A stretch of 54,562 bases of DNA from a virus (taxonomy: Duplodnaviria; Caudoviricetes): IMG/VR virus record IMGVR_UViG_3300042564_006016, positions 1-54,562 of that record. One strand, written 5' to 3'. Below, piece after piece: positions 34,671-44,510 of this stretch. Below the pieces are notes generated by a model that worked only from the letters and a program-made list of their open reading frames with translations, was not told the origin of the DNA and made no database searches. The translations under genes were made by a program, and so were the position numbers. Positions within the stretch are counted from its first letter, which is position 1. Each line of letters starts with the position of its first letter.

Positions 34671-37037
34671 GTGGCAACTAGAGAACTCACATATGATATA
34701 GTACTCCGAACTGAAAAAGCAGTAGCGGAGATTAAATCAATGTTGGCTAAAAGCAACAAAGAAGCTGAAAAACAAGGCAAAACGGCTGGTGAAAATTACG
34801 CTAAAGGAGTTAAAAGTGAAATTGATAAACTCAAAATAGATATTTTGCAAGGAGCAAAAGTTGATAAGTTTAAATTAAATCAACTTAAAAACGAAATACA
34901 AGCTGGGTTAGCTAGTGGGCAACTAAACAATGCTGAAGCATTAGGCTTATTTAATTCTCTTTTTGGAGTGGCAAAAGATCAAGGAGCTGAAGTTGCTAAA
35001 CAATTTAGCAAGGCGTTTAAAATAACTATCAATGATAGAATCAATAAAATTTTAGGAAATTTAACACAGCCTTTTAAAACTTTAACTAAAAATCTCAGTG
35101 TTGATATTAAAAACGGGTTTAATTATGGAATAAATGAAATAGGAAAAACAAGTTTAAAAGATCTAACAGAAAATACAAAAAACACTACAGCTAAAATTAT
35201 TGAAAACATTAAAAAAATACCTTCACAGATTGGCGATTCTTTGGTTTGGGTAAAAAAGAATATTTTAGATTTTGATTTAAATAAATTAATTTACAAAGAT
35301 TTCCCAGCTTTTACTAAGCAAGTATTTAATAACTTTAAAGGGTTTGCTTCTGGGGCGTTTGAAAGCTTAAAGCAGCTGCCTAGTGTTTTATACAACCTAA
35401 ACCTTAATAAAGTCTTTAGTGGGCTTGGTGGATTTAGCTCAGCAATTCAAGGTGGAATCAAAAACCTTGGAAATTTTGGTTCTATTTTAGGGGAAATAAC
35501 CTCACAAGGAATTAATGGTTTTGGCAAAATGGCTTCGTCTATAGCTGGTGGGCTAGGGAATGCTTTAGCAAGTGCAGGAAAAGGGGCTTTAAATTTAGCT
35601 GGAAATTTAGCTGGAGGAGTTACTACAGCTGGAGTTGCTGGAGTAGTAGCGGGCGGGGCGGGGTTATTTGGACTTGGTGCTTTTGGGGTAAATTTAGCAA
35701 GCCAAATCCAAAGCACAAGAATTTCTCTTGAAACCATGCTTGGTAGTGCTGAAAATGCTAAAGGGCTAATGACAGAGATTACAGCTTTTGCCAAAAAAAC
35801 ACCTTTTAACAGATTGGAATTATTTGATTATTCTAAACAATTGATCGGAGTAGGTATTGCTCAAAAAGACATGATAGGAACTTTAAATAAGTTAGGAAAT
35901 GTTGCCGCTGGTTCTGGAGCACCTTTGCAAAATATAATTACAAACTATGGACAAATTAGAGCTTCAAACAGAGCCTACACTCAAGATTTAAAGCAATTTA
36001 GCAACTTTGGTATTCCTATTTGGGAAAAACTAGCTAAAAACATGGGCATTACTGTTGAACAATTAAGAACTGGGATTGATACCCAAAAAATAAAAGTAAA
36101 TTTTCAAGAAGTAGATAAAGTTTTAAACCAATTGACTAGCTCAGGCGGACAATATTTTGATTTAATGCAAAAGAAATCGGGAACATTTGAGGGGGCAATG
36201 AGTAACTTACAAGATACCTTTGAAAGTATGGTGCTTAAATTTATGGGGGTTGATGATACTGGAAATATAAAAGAAGGTAGTTTTTTTGATATTGCACAGG
36301 ACAAGGCTTTGAAGTTTCAAGGCTGGTTAATGGAAAATGAGGCTCAAATTGGAGAGTGGGGAGGTAAAGTATTTACCAAAATTGGGCAAGGAATGCAGAT
36401 GGCTTGGACTGATATGGTACAGCCAGTTCTTTTAGACCTTCAAGACTGGTTTAATAATGGAGGAAAAGAAGCTATTAAAAGTTTCATGCAAAATGGGTGG
36501 CAGGAAATAGTAAAAGGGTTCACTTATTTTAAAGATGTTGTTTATCCAGACGCAAAAAAGAAACTTGATGAATTTAAAGCTTATATGGCAAGCGAACAAG
36601 GGAAAAAGGATATTAAAGATTTTACTGATTTTATGAAAGGACTTTGGGAAGCTATAAAATTTGTCGCATACTGGTCTGGTGAGGCTATAAAAGGAATTGA
36701 CGGGCTAATTGGGAAGTGGAGAGAATTAAGCAACGCTACTAAATTAGGGGATAGTAGCTTTAGCTTTGCTGGAGTTGCAGCAAACCCTTGGGTTGCAATT
36801 TCGCAGTTAATAGGAGGCAAAAGAGCAAGTGGTGGTCCTGTAGATCCAGGTAAACTCTACGAAGTCGGAGAAAACAACAGAGCCGAATTACTTATGATGA
36901 ATGGCAGACAATACATGATACCTGGGAATAAAGGACAGGTTTTGAATCAAAGCCAGATCGACAACCGTCAAATCAATAGTGGGAACAATGTCACTCAGTA
37001 CATTTTTGGCAATAATTCTTTACAATACGATTTTTAA
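34671..37037 (+). CDS. Tail tape measure protein
   Basis: ORF track 34638..37037; GTG 34671 (MATRELTYDIVL) preferred; ETMLGS..A..FAKKTPF, SNLQD, RASGGPV..G..YEVGE. Confidence 0.92.
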   Translation: MATRELTYDIVLRTEKAVAEIKSMLAKSNKEAEKQGKTAGENYAKGVKSEIDKLKIDILQGAKVDKFKLNQLKNEIQAGLASGQLNNAEALGLFNSLFGVAKDQGAEVAKQFSKAFKITINDRINKILGNLTQPFKTLTKNLSVDIKNGFNYGINEIGKTSLKDLTENTKNTTAKIIENIKKIPSQIGDSLVWVKKNILDFDLNKLIYKDFPAFTKQVFNNFKGFASGAFESLKQLPSVLYNLNLNKVFSGLGGFSSAIQGGIKNLGNFGSILGEITSQGINGFGKMASSIAGGLGNALASAGKGALNLAGNLAGGVTTAGVAGVVAGGAGLFGLGAFGVNLASQIQSTRISLETMLGSAENAKGLMTEITAFAKKTPFNRLELFDYSKQLIGVGIAQKDMIGTLNKLGNVAAGSGAPLQNIITNYGQIRASNRAYTQDLKQFSNFGIPIWEKLAKNMGITVEQLRTGIDTQKIKVNFQEVDKVLNQLTSSGGQYFDLMQKKSGTFEGAMSNLQDTFESMVLKFMGVDDTGNIKEGSFFDIAQDKALKFQGWLMENEAQIGEWGGKVFTKIGQGMQMAWTDMVQPVLLDLQDWFNNGGKEAIKSFMQNGWQEIVKGFTYFKDVVYPDAKKKLDEFKAYMASEQGKKDIKDFTDFMKGLWEAIKFVAYWSGEAIKGIDGLIGKWRELSNATKLGDSSFSFAGVAANPWVAISQLIGGKRASGGPVDPGKLYEVGENNRAELLMMNGRQYMIPGNKGQVLNQSQIDNRQINSGNNVTQYIFGNNSLQYDF

Positions 37038-37039
37038 TT

Positions 37040-38188
37040 ATGTCTTTGTCACCACAAATAAAACAAGTACTATATCAATTTGGAAATGGATTTAATGATA
37101 ACTATTATATTTTTAACAAAGCTGAACTTAAAAATATTTCAAAAATAAGCTTAAAAACAAATCATTTTGAAAGCTTTTCTCAAGATGGATTTACTAAAAT
37201 TAATGTTGGTACTAGAAACAAAAAAACTAAACAAGAAATGGCAGTAGATTTTTTGGTAAAAATAACAGATTATTTTGATTTAAATTATGTTCAACAAGCT
37301 TTTAATACCTCTGAAAAGAAATTATTTTATTTTATTTTAGATAGAAACAATAATTTAGAATTTTATTTTCAGCCAAATTGTGATCCGACTCTGATTCCAG
37401 AAACAGGGAATCAATCAGTAGAAAATTTAGGACAAGAAACTTTTGTAAAAACCGTAAGCTTTGCTTGCCCGCCTTTTATTTATAAATGCAAGCCAAATGT
37501 AGCTTATTTTGATAAAAATGCTTTGAGCCAATTTATACCCAGATATGTTTTGCTTGCAACTGATGATGGGGCTTCTTACTATAACTCAACTGTAGTATAT
37601 GATCAAGGGATTACCACTGCTACGGTGTTGATCAGCTCACTTACTTTAGATCAAAAATTAGCTCTTTTTGTAGATAAGTCACAACCTGATAATGCTATAG
37701 TCTATACTGATAAAATATTTGATTTGTCTGATCTTACTGTAGATACAAGCCAAGCCGTGCTAAATACAACTTTAACTAGCAATACACCAGCAAATATACT
37801 TTTAACTAGCTTTTTTAACGGCACAACAGCGAACAACGAGGCTTATTTAATAGAGATGGGGGGTTTGAGTCAAGGTCAATCTCTAAGAATTCAAAATACA
37901 AGTAACGGCTCTGATTTACAAATAACTTGGTTAAATAGTGTGGCAAGCCCTACCGCCATTAGCTATAATTCAATTAAAAATAGTTGGTACAATACAGCCA
38001 CAAAAGCTGAGATTGACCCTACTTTTTATAGTTTTATTTATCCTAGCAAAAGACCATTATTTTTTAGCCCTTTAGCAACTCAAAATATGACTATTAATAT
38101 AAACCCAGAGAGTTTAACTCTGACAAAAAACACAACAGGGAACCTCACTGTAAAAATAGAGGCTTTACAAACTTACCACACAATATAA
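37040..38188 (+). CDS. Putative distal tail (Dit-like) protein
   Basis: Immediately after TMP; size. Confidence 0.55.
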   Translation: MSLSPQIKQVLYQFGNGFNDNYYIFNKAELKNISKISLKTNHFESFSQDGFTKINVGTRNKKTKQEMAVDFLVKITDYFDLNYVQQAFNTSEKKLFYFILDRNNNLEFYFQPNCDPTLIPETGNQSVENLGQETFVKTVSFACPPFIYKCKPNVAYFDKNALSQFIPRYVLLATDDGASYYNSTVVYDQGITTATVLISSLTLDQKLALFVDKSQPDNAIVYTDKIFDLSDLTVDTSQAVLNTTLTSNTPANILLTSFFNGTTANNEAYLIEMGGLSQGQSLRIQNTSNGSDLQITWLNSVASPTAISYNSIKNSWYNTATKAEIDPTFYSFIYPSKRPLFFSPLATQNMTININPESLTLTKNTTGNLTVKIEALQTYHTI

Positions 38189-38189
38189 T

Positions 38190-39071
38190 ATGACTCAACT
38201 CTCACCAGCTTTAGCATTAGCAACTCAAACAAACCCAGCTGACTTAATTACAGCGGACAGCGTGAACAGGCAAACCAGAAATAGCGGAGGTCTTGTAGAT
38301 ATAGTCACCGCCTTTGCAGGTAAAGACGAAATTACAGATTCTAGCAGTGCAACTATTACTTGTATAGCCAACTCTACAATCCGAGTAAATGCTTGGAGGG
38401 CTACAGCTCAAACAATTCAATTGCCCGCTTGGAGTGCTAATCACCCGCCAATTTTGATTAGAACAAATAACTATGCGGTAAAAACAATTCAAAGGAATGG
38501 TACTGATACAATAAATAATCCTTGGAATTATAGCACAGCTCCAACTGGAACGACATATAATTTATATCTACCAGGAGAAACTGTAAGGTTAGTTCCCAAT
38601 AAACTTGTTAATTTTTGGGAAGTTGAGCCAGTACAAACGCCAGTAAACCTATACCGATGTGAAGCTTTTTTATCAGCAGATCAAAATCTTGGTACGGGTA
38701 CTTTTGATAGAATTAATTTGAATACTGAAGTGTACGACTTTGGCTCTTTTTATGATAATGTTACAAATTTTAGAGCCACGCCTTTAATCCCTGGTCTTTA
38801 TGGGGTGTGGGGAAGCTATACAATCAGAAATGCTACAACTACTGAAGTCCAAGGAAGCTGGAGAAAAAATACAACAAGGCTAAAAGTGATTGGTCAAGAA
38901 AATTTAACTGGGGTGCAAACAAGCCAACAATCTGGTTCTTTTGAAATTTTGATGAATGGCACAACTGATTATATTGAGATGAGAGCTTATTGCGGAACCG
39001 CTTCTGGGATTGCTTTTGGGGGGGCTTCTGATATAAATACAATGGGGGTTCGATTAATAAGCAGGATATAG
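38190..39071 (+). CDS. Minor tail / receptor-binding protein with C1q/TNF-like C-terminal domain
   Basis: YD.G.FYD..TNFRATP.IPGLY.V.G...MNGTTDYIE. Confidence 0.6.
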   Translation: MTQLSPALALATQTNPADLITADSVNRQTRNSGGLVDIVTAFAGKDEITDSSSATITCIANSTIRVNAWRATAQTIQLPAWSANHPPILIRTNNYAVKTIQRNGTDTINNPWNYSTAPTGTTYNLYLPGETVRLVPNKLVNFWEVEPVQTPVNLYRCEAFLSADQNLGTGTFDRINLNTEVYDFGSFYDNVTNFRATPLIPGLYGVWGSYTIRNATTTEVQGSWRKNTTRLKVIGQENLTGVQTSQQSGSFEILMNGTTDYIEMRAYCGTASGIAFGGASDINTMGVRLISRI

Positions 39072-39106
39072 TTGCCAAATTCCAAACTTTTATTTATTTT
39101 AAAATT

Positions 39107-39631
39107 ATGTTCAATCAATTCAAATCTACGCTTTTTAAATCAATCAATTTAAATCCTGAAAGTTACCCAGAGCTTTTGCCTTTTTTACAAGATATTCGTC
39201 TTGTAGGCGACAAAGTAGGTATAAATTTTTTGATGAAAATTCGTGATAAAAATGCAAATATAAATGAATTTGACACTGAAAAAGAAATTATTGTGAATCA
39301 CTCAAATTATATCGAAGGGGCTTATAACCAAAGTACTGATACTTGGGAAGCTTATTTTGATATGCAAGATAACAAAGATTTAGTAATAGCACTTCAAAAT
39401 TATGTAGACAATTTTACTGGAGAAATAAACCCAAAATTTAGTGATTTAGATTTTAATCAAAAAAGATCTTTTGTAGAAGGTTTGGAAAATTACATCAAAG
39501 AAGTTAAACAAAGAATAGTTGAAAAAGAAACCGACATCGAAAAAACAAACCGAGAGATTAAAGAAATGAAATCTGATAACGAAACTTTTGACGATTTGAG
39601 GCTGGAAGCTAAAAAGAAAGGTTTGATTTAA
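39107..39631 (+). CDS. Hypothetical tail-module protein
   Basis: ORF; C-terminal coiled coil. Confidence 0.7.
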   Translation: MFNQFKSTLFKSINLNPESYPELLPFLQDIRLVGDKVGINFLMKIRDKNANINEFDTEKEIIVNHSNYIEGAYNQSTDTWEAYFDMQDNKDLVIALQNYVDNFTGEINPKFSDLDFNQKRSFVEGLENYIKEVKQRIVEKETDIEKTNREIKEMKSDNETFDDLRLEAKKKGLI

Positions 39632-39636
39632 AAAAA

Positions 39637-40827
39637 ATGCCGTTAGTAATTAATGTTATAGACCCTTTCGACCCAACTTTTGGGATAGTACGCCGTAGCG
39701 TGATAGATAACGCTCACATCACAAAAAAAGAGCTAAAATTGAGATTAGATAGTTTCCACGAGTTAGAAATGGAAATAACCCCACAAAGTACAGCTTGGAA
39801 AATGTTTCAAGACCCAAATAAAAGGTTTGGTGTAATGGTAGAGACTGATTATTTAACACTTCCATTTTGCCAAAAAGACCCAGCCTACGAAATAAACAGT
39901 CAAACTGGAATCATGAAAATCAAGTTTGCAAGCATGAGTTATTTTTTGCAATACACCAAAAGTTTTCCAAATCAGATTTTTAACGGGCAACTGAGTGGGC
40001 TTTTGGCTAATTTAAATCAAGCCTTTGTTTATACTAAAATAAACACTGATAAAACTTTGTATAACTTTACAGTTGCTAGAGATTTAAGCGATTTTGAAGT
40101 ACTTAAAAACGCTACTAATGCTTATCAATGGCGAGATAATGGAGTTGTACAAGTTGGAAATGTTTTGAAACCTCAAATCTTGTACGGTAAGATAGCTGAA
40201 ATAGGAAGTTATTACAGAACTGATCCAAATAATAGGTTGGAATGCAAAGGGCTGACAATTAGTGATGAGCTTACGAATAATAGCCTTGATCAAGCTGTAG
40301 CCGAGATTCAACCAATTGTAGTTGGTGATTATATTACTTATTTAGATTGCTACAGTTCAACATCTGGAATTGACGGTGTAAATTCTCAAATAAACATCAA
40401 TCCTAGTAATGTCGCACAAAACTCAGATTTTCCTTTGATTAGTTTTGTGGTTGGAGGTAAAACAGTTTGGTATATTAAAAATAACTTTGCCCCAGTTTAT
40501 CCAGCCAAATATGAAACTTTAAAAGTTGACGCAACTTCTAATACTGAAGACTCTGGAGGCAATCAGTTAGTTAATCAATCTTTAACACCACAACAGATAT
40601 ATCAAGAAGGGGTTGACTTTTTGCGAACCAAAAAACAATCAATCGCTTTGAGCCAAAAAATAACAAGTTTTAAAAGAGTATTTTTGCCTGGCAATGAATG
40701 CTTTGTAAATATCAATAGAACTGTAGAAATAAACGGTGTAACAACCTCTATTTTGCAACTAAACCAACCAATGATATTTAAAGAAGGTGACGGGGTAACT
40801 TTTGACCTTAATGTAATACAAAACTAA
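39637..40827 (+). CDS. Putative baseplate hub (Tal-like) protein
   Basis: Position; LPGNEC.V motif near the C-terminus. Confidence 0.5.
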   Translation: MPLVINVIDPFDPTFGIVRRSVIDNAHITKKELKLRLDSFHELEMEITPQSTAWKMFQDPNKRFGVMVETDYLTLPFCQKDPAYEINSQTGIMKIKFASMSYFLQYTKSFPNQIFNGQLSGLLANLNQAFVYTKINTDKTLYNFTVARDLSDFEVLKNATNAYQWRDNGVVQVGNVLKPQILYGKIAEIGSYYRTDPNNRLECKGLTISDELTNNSLDQAVAEIQPIVVGDYITYLDCYSSTSGIDGVNSQININPSNVAQNSDFPLISFVVGGKTVWYIKNNFAPVYPAKYETLKVDATSNTEDSGGNQLVNQSLTPQQIYQEGVDFLRTKKQSIALSQKITSFKRVFLPGNECFVNINRTVEINGVTTSILQLNQPMIFKEGDGVTFDLNVIQN

Positions 40828-40828
40828 T

Positions 40829-41701
40829 ATGAACCCTGTAAATATTGTAACCCCAGAACCTGCCAAAGACCCTAAAACAGGGTTTTTAGTAAGTTTAGAT
40901 AACGCTGATGTAAATTTAAAAAGCAAGGAAAGCCAGTTTTTCGATCAGGTTAAAAAAGAATTGCAAGGGAATGTTTTGAATGCTCCAAGTATAATCAGCC
41001 AAAAATTTGTTTTGTTTGATCAAAGCTCAGTTCTTCTTGGCTTAGAGGCGGGATTTGCTAATTACTCGGCTGGTTTTATACCTACTTTTCAAGATTATTT
41101 ACAAAATCCTATTAAATATAAAATAAACAATATAAATGCTATAACTTTGGGGACTTCAATAACTCTTGGGGGTTCGCCTTTTGGGTTTTCAACAATTGCA
41201 GACACAAATTATAGTGTTGACATGTATTTGTCTTCTTATTTATACGAAAATCAAACAAAACAACCAATTAATTTTGATGGAAGTTTTAGACAGCCTAAAA
41301 AGCTTTTGAGTGCTAAAACTGTTTTTACCCACACAAAAAATGGTGCTGTTGTTGATGTAAGTTATACAATAAGCAGACCGTTTATTGATTTTAATTTTAC
41401 AGATTATATTAATGGCAGGGGTTTAATTGGCTCAAATACAGATTTCACAGTTACACCAGAAAAAATAACCCAAGCACAATATAATCTTTTACGAGATACT
41501 GATACTTTTTTATACACATTTTTTGGTTATGATTTTGCAAGTTATAGTCTTTTAACAGGAAATAATAAAATTCATTTTGAGCAATTAATTTCTGGATATA
41601 TTTCAGGGGGAACTTTTATTGCACCTTTTTTAACTCCTAAAGTAGAAGGCTATTTAAATTATTTTGGTCAAATGGCGACTTTTGATTCAATCAATTCCTA
41701 A
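40829..41701 (+). CDS. Minor tail protein
   Basis: Position after hub. Confidence 0.5.
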   Translation: MNPVNIVTPEPAKDPKTGFLVSLDNADVNLKSKESQFFDQVKKELQGNVLNAPSIISQKFVLFDQSSVLLGLEAGFANYSAGFIPTFQDYLQNPIKYKINNINAITLGTSITLGGSPFGFSTIADTNYSVDMYLSSYLYENQTKQPINFDGSFRQPKKLLSAKTVFTHTKNGAVVDVSYTISRPFIDFNFTDYINGRGLIGSNTDFTVTPEKITQAQYNLLRDTDTFLYTFFGYDFASYSLLTGNNKIHFEQLISGYISGGTFIAPFLTPKVEGYLNYFGQMATFDSINS

Positions 41702-41750
41702 ATTTGCCAAAAACAATTTTATAGTACATTATGCACACATAAAAATTTAT

Positions 41751-42332
41751 ATGTCTAAAAAAATTGTAATAACTTCTTTAATAGCCTGCTCTCTTATAGT
41801 GCCAGCTATTTTTACTTTTACTACTACTAAAGTTCAAACCTCAACTACAATAGAAAAAGAAGATTTTGACTTGGTAATTTCTAGTCAGAAAGAAATTGAT
41901 AATGACCAAGATAAAAGAATCTCTAAACTAGAAAAAGTAGAAATCCCAGATTTTACAGATTTAGGAAATGAGGCTATTGATAAAACACCTAAGTCTTCTA
42001 GCTCATCTCAAAATAATCAAAAAACAACTAGCTCTATATCAACAATAACTACTCCTAAAATAACTTCTAGCTCATTGTCTAGCAACCCTACTATTGTTTC
42101 TAAACAGATTAGATACAGAACTGATCCTGCTAATTATAAAATTGATTTTATGTACGATAGCTGGACAAAATTAATGAAAAAATGCACAGCTTCTTGTACT
42201 TATGTTATTGTATTAAGAGATGAAAATGGAGACCCTTTAACATATTCTACAGATTTTGAATCTTTAGAAGATATGAAAAATCTCTTTCCACACTCTTATT
42301 ATTCTAAAACATACACAGAAATTGAATTGTAA
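41751..42332 (+). CDS. Exported/membrane-anchored Ser/Thr-rich protein
   Basis: ORF track 41664..42332; ATG 41751 gives a signal-like N-terminus. Confidence 0.6.
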   Translation: MSKKIVITSLIACSLIVPAIFTFTTTKVQTSTTIEKEDFDLVISSQKEIDNDQDKRISKLEKVEIPDFTDLGNEAIDKTPKSSSSSQNNQKTTSSISTITTPKITSSSLSSNPTIVSKQIRYRTDPANYKIDFMYDSWTKLMKKCTASCTYVIVLRDENGDPLTYSTDFESLEDMKNLFPHSYYSKTYTEIEL

Positions 42333-42481
42333 TTACTTCCTAGTAACCCAAAAAATAAAAGGCAAAGAATAGCCAACAAAAACCATTAGAATTGCGTGAG
42401 ATAAAATAGACATACAAAAAGACCTAAACTATATTTAATCAATTGACAAGTTTCAGCCTTTAGTGGTAATAAGGAGAGTAA

Positions 42482-43531
42482 ATGAAAATCCCAAATCTAT
42501 TTGATCAAAACCCTCTTGTTATCTCCCAAGGAAGACATAACCAAGACTGGTCTGGAAAGATTGCAAGAGTAGCAATAGATTTTAGCTACATTGGAGATTT
42601 AATTTGCCCTTTTGATGGCTGTATTGTTAAATTACATAATGGTTCAAATCAAGGTCAACAATCATATTTTTCAATGGTGTTACCAGACGGTTCAAGGTTA
42701 ATTTGTGTTCATGGCTACCCTGTAAGAACAGGAGTTTTTAACAAAGGCGAAGTTGTCGGAAAGTGTAGGTGGCACCACTGGCATATTTCAATTATTGTAA
42801 ATGGTGAATTAGATTGTATAATGAGCTACTTAGACAGATCAATTCCTACAATGACACAGCCTAGTTTATACGGTGGAGATACTAACCACCCAGACTGTAG
42901 ATGGGAAACTTACGAAGACAAACAACTTAATATTAATTCAGAAACCGATATGTTTAAAGACAAACTAACTCAAACAATCCCAACCATAGGATTTGACCCA
43001 ACAACTCAAAACATGCTTTTACAAAGTGTAAATAACGAAGATGCAAGTTATTTGCTAACTTTTGCTGGAAAAGCTCCAAGAGATGATTTGGACAGAGCTA
43101 ACCAAGAAATAGCTAGGTTAAAAGCTGAATTAGAAAAAGAGCCAAAAACTGTTGAAATAGCCAATCCTGTTAATGTGGAGTTGCAAAATAAATTAGATTC
43201 TTTAGAAAAGGAAAATAAAAGTTTGACTGAAATGTTGCTTGTAGCAAATAAACCCTCAAAGGATGTACATAGTATAGACACCCTTCAACCAGCCCAACCC
43301 CTACCAATCTGGAAAAGATCATTTTTTGACACGGCTAGATCTGGAACTTATGCCCTTGCAGGTGTGCTTGCTAGCACTGGAGTCTGGGAAATGGTGCAAA
43401 TTTATCTAGCAACTGGAGATTTTAGCGAGGAATCCTTTAGCAAATTAGCAATTTCAGCTGGGGTTGTTTTGGCTGGTTACTTGCAAGAGCAAGCTAAAAA
43501 TAACAGGAAAGAAGCAGAAAAGAAAATATGA
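42482..43531 (+). CDS. Endolysin, M23-like peptidase with coiled coil and two C-terminal TM segments
   Basis: ISQGRH, AIDF, CPFDG, CVH, KGEVVG, HWHISI; hydrophobic C-terminus. Confidence 0.7.
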   Translation: MKIPNLFDQNPLVISQGRHNQDWSGKIARVAIDFSYIGDLICPFDGCIVKLHNGSNQGQQSYFSMVLPDGSRLICVHGYPVRTGVFNKGEVVGKCRWHHWHISIIVNGELDCIMSYLDRSIPTMTQPSLYGGDTNHPDCRWETYEDKQLNINSETDMFKDKLTQTIPTIGFDPTTQNMLLQSVNNEDASYLLTFAGKAPRDDLDRANQEIARLKAELEKEPKTVEIANPVNVELQNKLDSLEKENKSLTEMLLVANKPSKDVHSIDTLQPAQPLPIWKRSFFDTARSGTYALAGVLASTGVWEMVQIYLATGDFSEESFSKLAISAGVVLAGYLQEQAKNNRKEAEKKI

Positions 43532-43758
43532 ACAAAGTAAAAGAGTTTTTCACACACGAATTTCCGAGAACGGACAGCCCTTTTACTATTTCTTTTGTAG
43601 TTGTTTTTTTCTTTTTAAACCCTATTATTGTTTTGATCTATGGAAAATATACCGAACCAACGACTTTAATGTATTATATACTAATGACAAGCCTTAACCT
43701 TTGGGCAACCGCTCTTTTTGTTATGGTTTTGAGATTTTTAAAATTTTTAAAGAAATAA
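43528..43758 (+). CDS. Small 2-TM membrane protein (holin candidate)
   Basis: Two hydrophobic segments; follows endolysin. Confidence 0.55.
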   Translation: MNKVKEFFTHEFPRTDSPFTISFVVVFFFLNPIIVLIYGKYTEPTTLMYYILMTSLNLWATALFVMVLRFLKFLKK

Positions 43759-43759
43759 A

Positions 43760-43990
43760 ATGCCTGTTTTTTTTGGACTATATTTATCGCTACCTTTGAC
43801 CTTTTTTATATTTTTTTTAGTTGTAGTTTGGGTTGAGTTAGGAGATAATGCAAAAAACACACTAGAACTTAACGCTCAAAATAATATTTTAGTTCAAACA
43901 ATGGAACATTTAGAAAATAGAGTCGATAAGATTGATAAGACTCAAACAAAAAAACTTGACCAAATTTTAGCTAAATTAAATACCTTATAA
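43760..43990 (+). CDS. TM plus coiled-coil protein (lysis cassette)
   Basis: N-terminal TM. Confidence 0.55.
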   Translation: MPVFFGLYLSLPLTFFIFFLVVVWVELGDNAKNTLELNAQNNILVQTMEHLENRVDKIDKTQTKKLDQILAKLNTL

Positions 43991-43991
43991 A

Positions 43992-44285
43992 ATGACTGTA
44001 GAATATTTTATTGTAGCAATAAGTGGGTTGGCAACCGCAATAGGAATTTTGTGGGGAGCTGTAATAGTGATTAGTAACTTTGTAAAAAAACTTATTGAGG
44101 AACAGATAAAAGAAATGAAAATCAGGATTTCTAGCCTTGAAGTAGAAAATGAGAAACTAAAAATAGAAATCCAAGAAAGAAATATAAAAATTGATAACCT
44201 AACTACAGCCATTTATGATCTTGCAATGGCAACTAGAAAAACAAAAAAAATAGATGAAATCCTAGAAAGAGTTAAAAAATTATGA
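43992..44285 (+). CDS. TM plus coiled-coil protein (holin/spanin-like)
   Basis: N-terminal TM, heptad C-terminus. Confidence 0.55.
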   Translation: MTVEYFIVAISGLATAIGILWGAVIVISNFVKKLIEEQIKEMKIRISSLEVENEKLKIEIQERNIKIDNLTTAIYDLAMATRKTKKIDEILERVKKL

Positions 44286-44510
44286 CTTTGCTCGAATTTT
44301 TGATAGCAGAAACTCTCTATGCTCAGGATTGCACCACCAATCATAAGTCTGAACAGTGTGAAAATGTAGATCCACAAAATACTTCTCCCGCAAATAAATA
44401 GGTAAAATCTTAGGGACATTTTCGTAGTTTTTGAAGGTTACGCACTCGTGAATTACAACCTTTTTTGATTGGTTATTTATTACTTTAAAAAAGACTGTTA
44501 TGGGGATCAT
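44280..44510 (-). CDS. Hypothetical protein
   Basis: ATGA overlap with MTase. Confidence 0.6.
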   Translation of the reverse strand: MIPITVFFKVINNQSKKVVIHECVTFKNYENVPKILPIYLREKYFVDLHFHTVQTYDWWCNPEHREFLLSKIRAKS

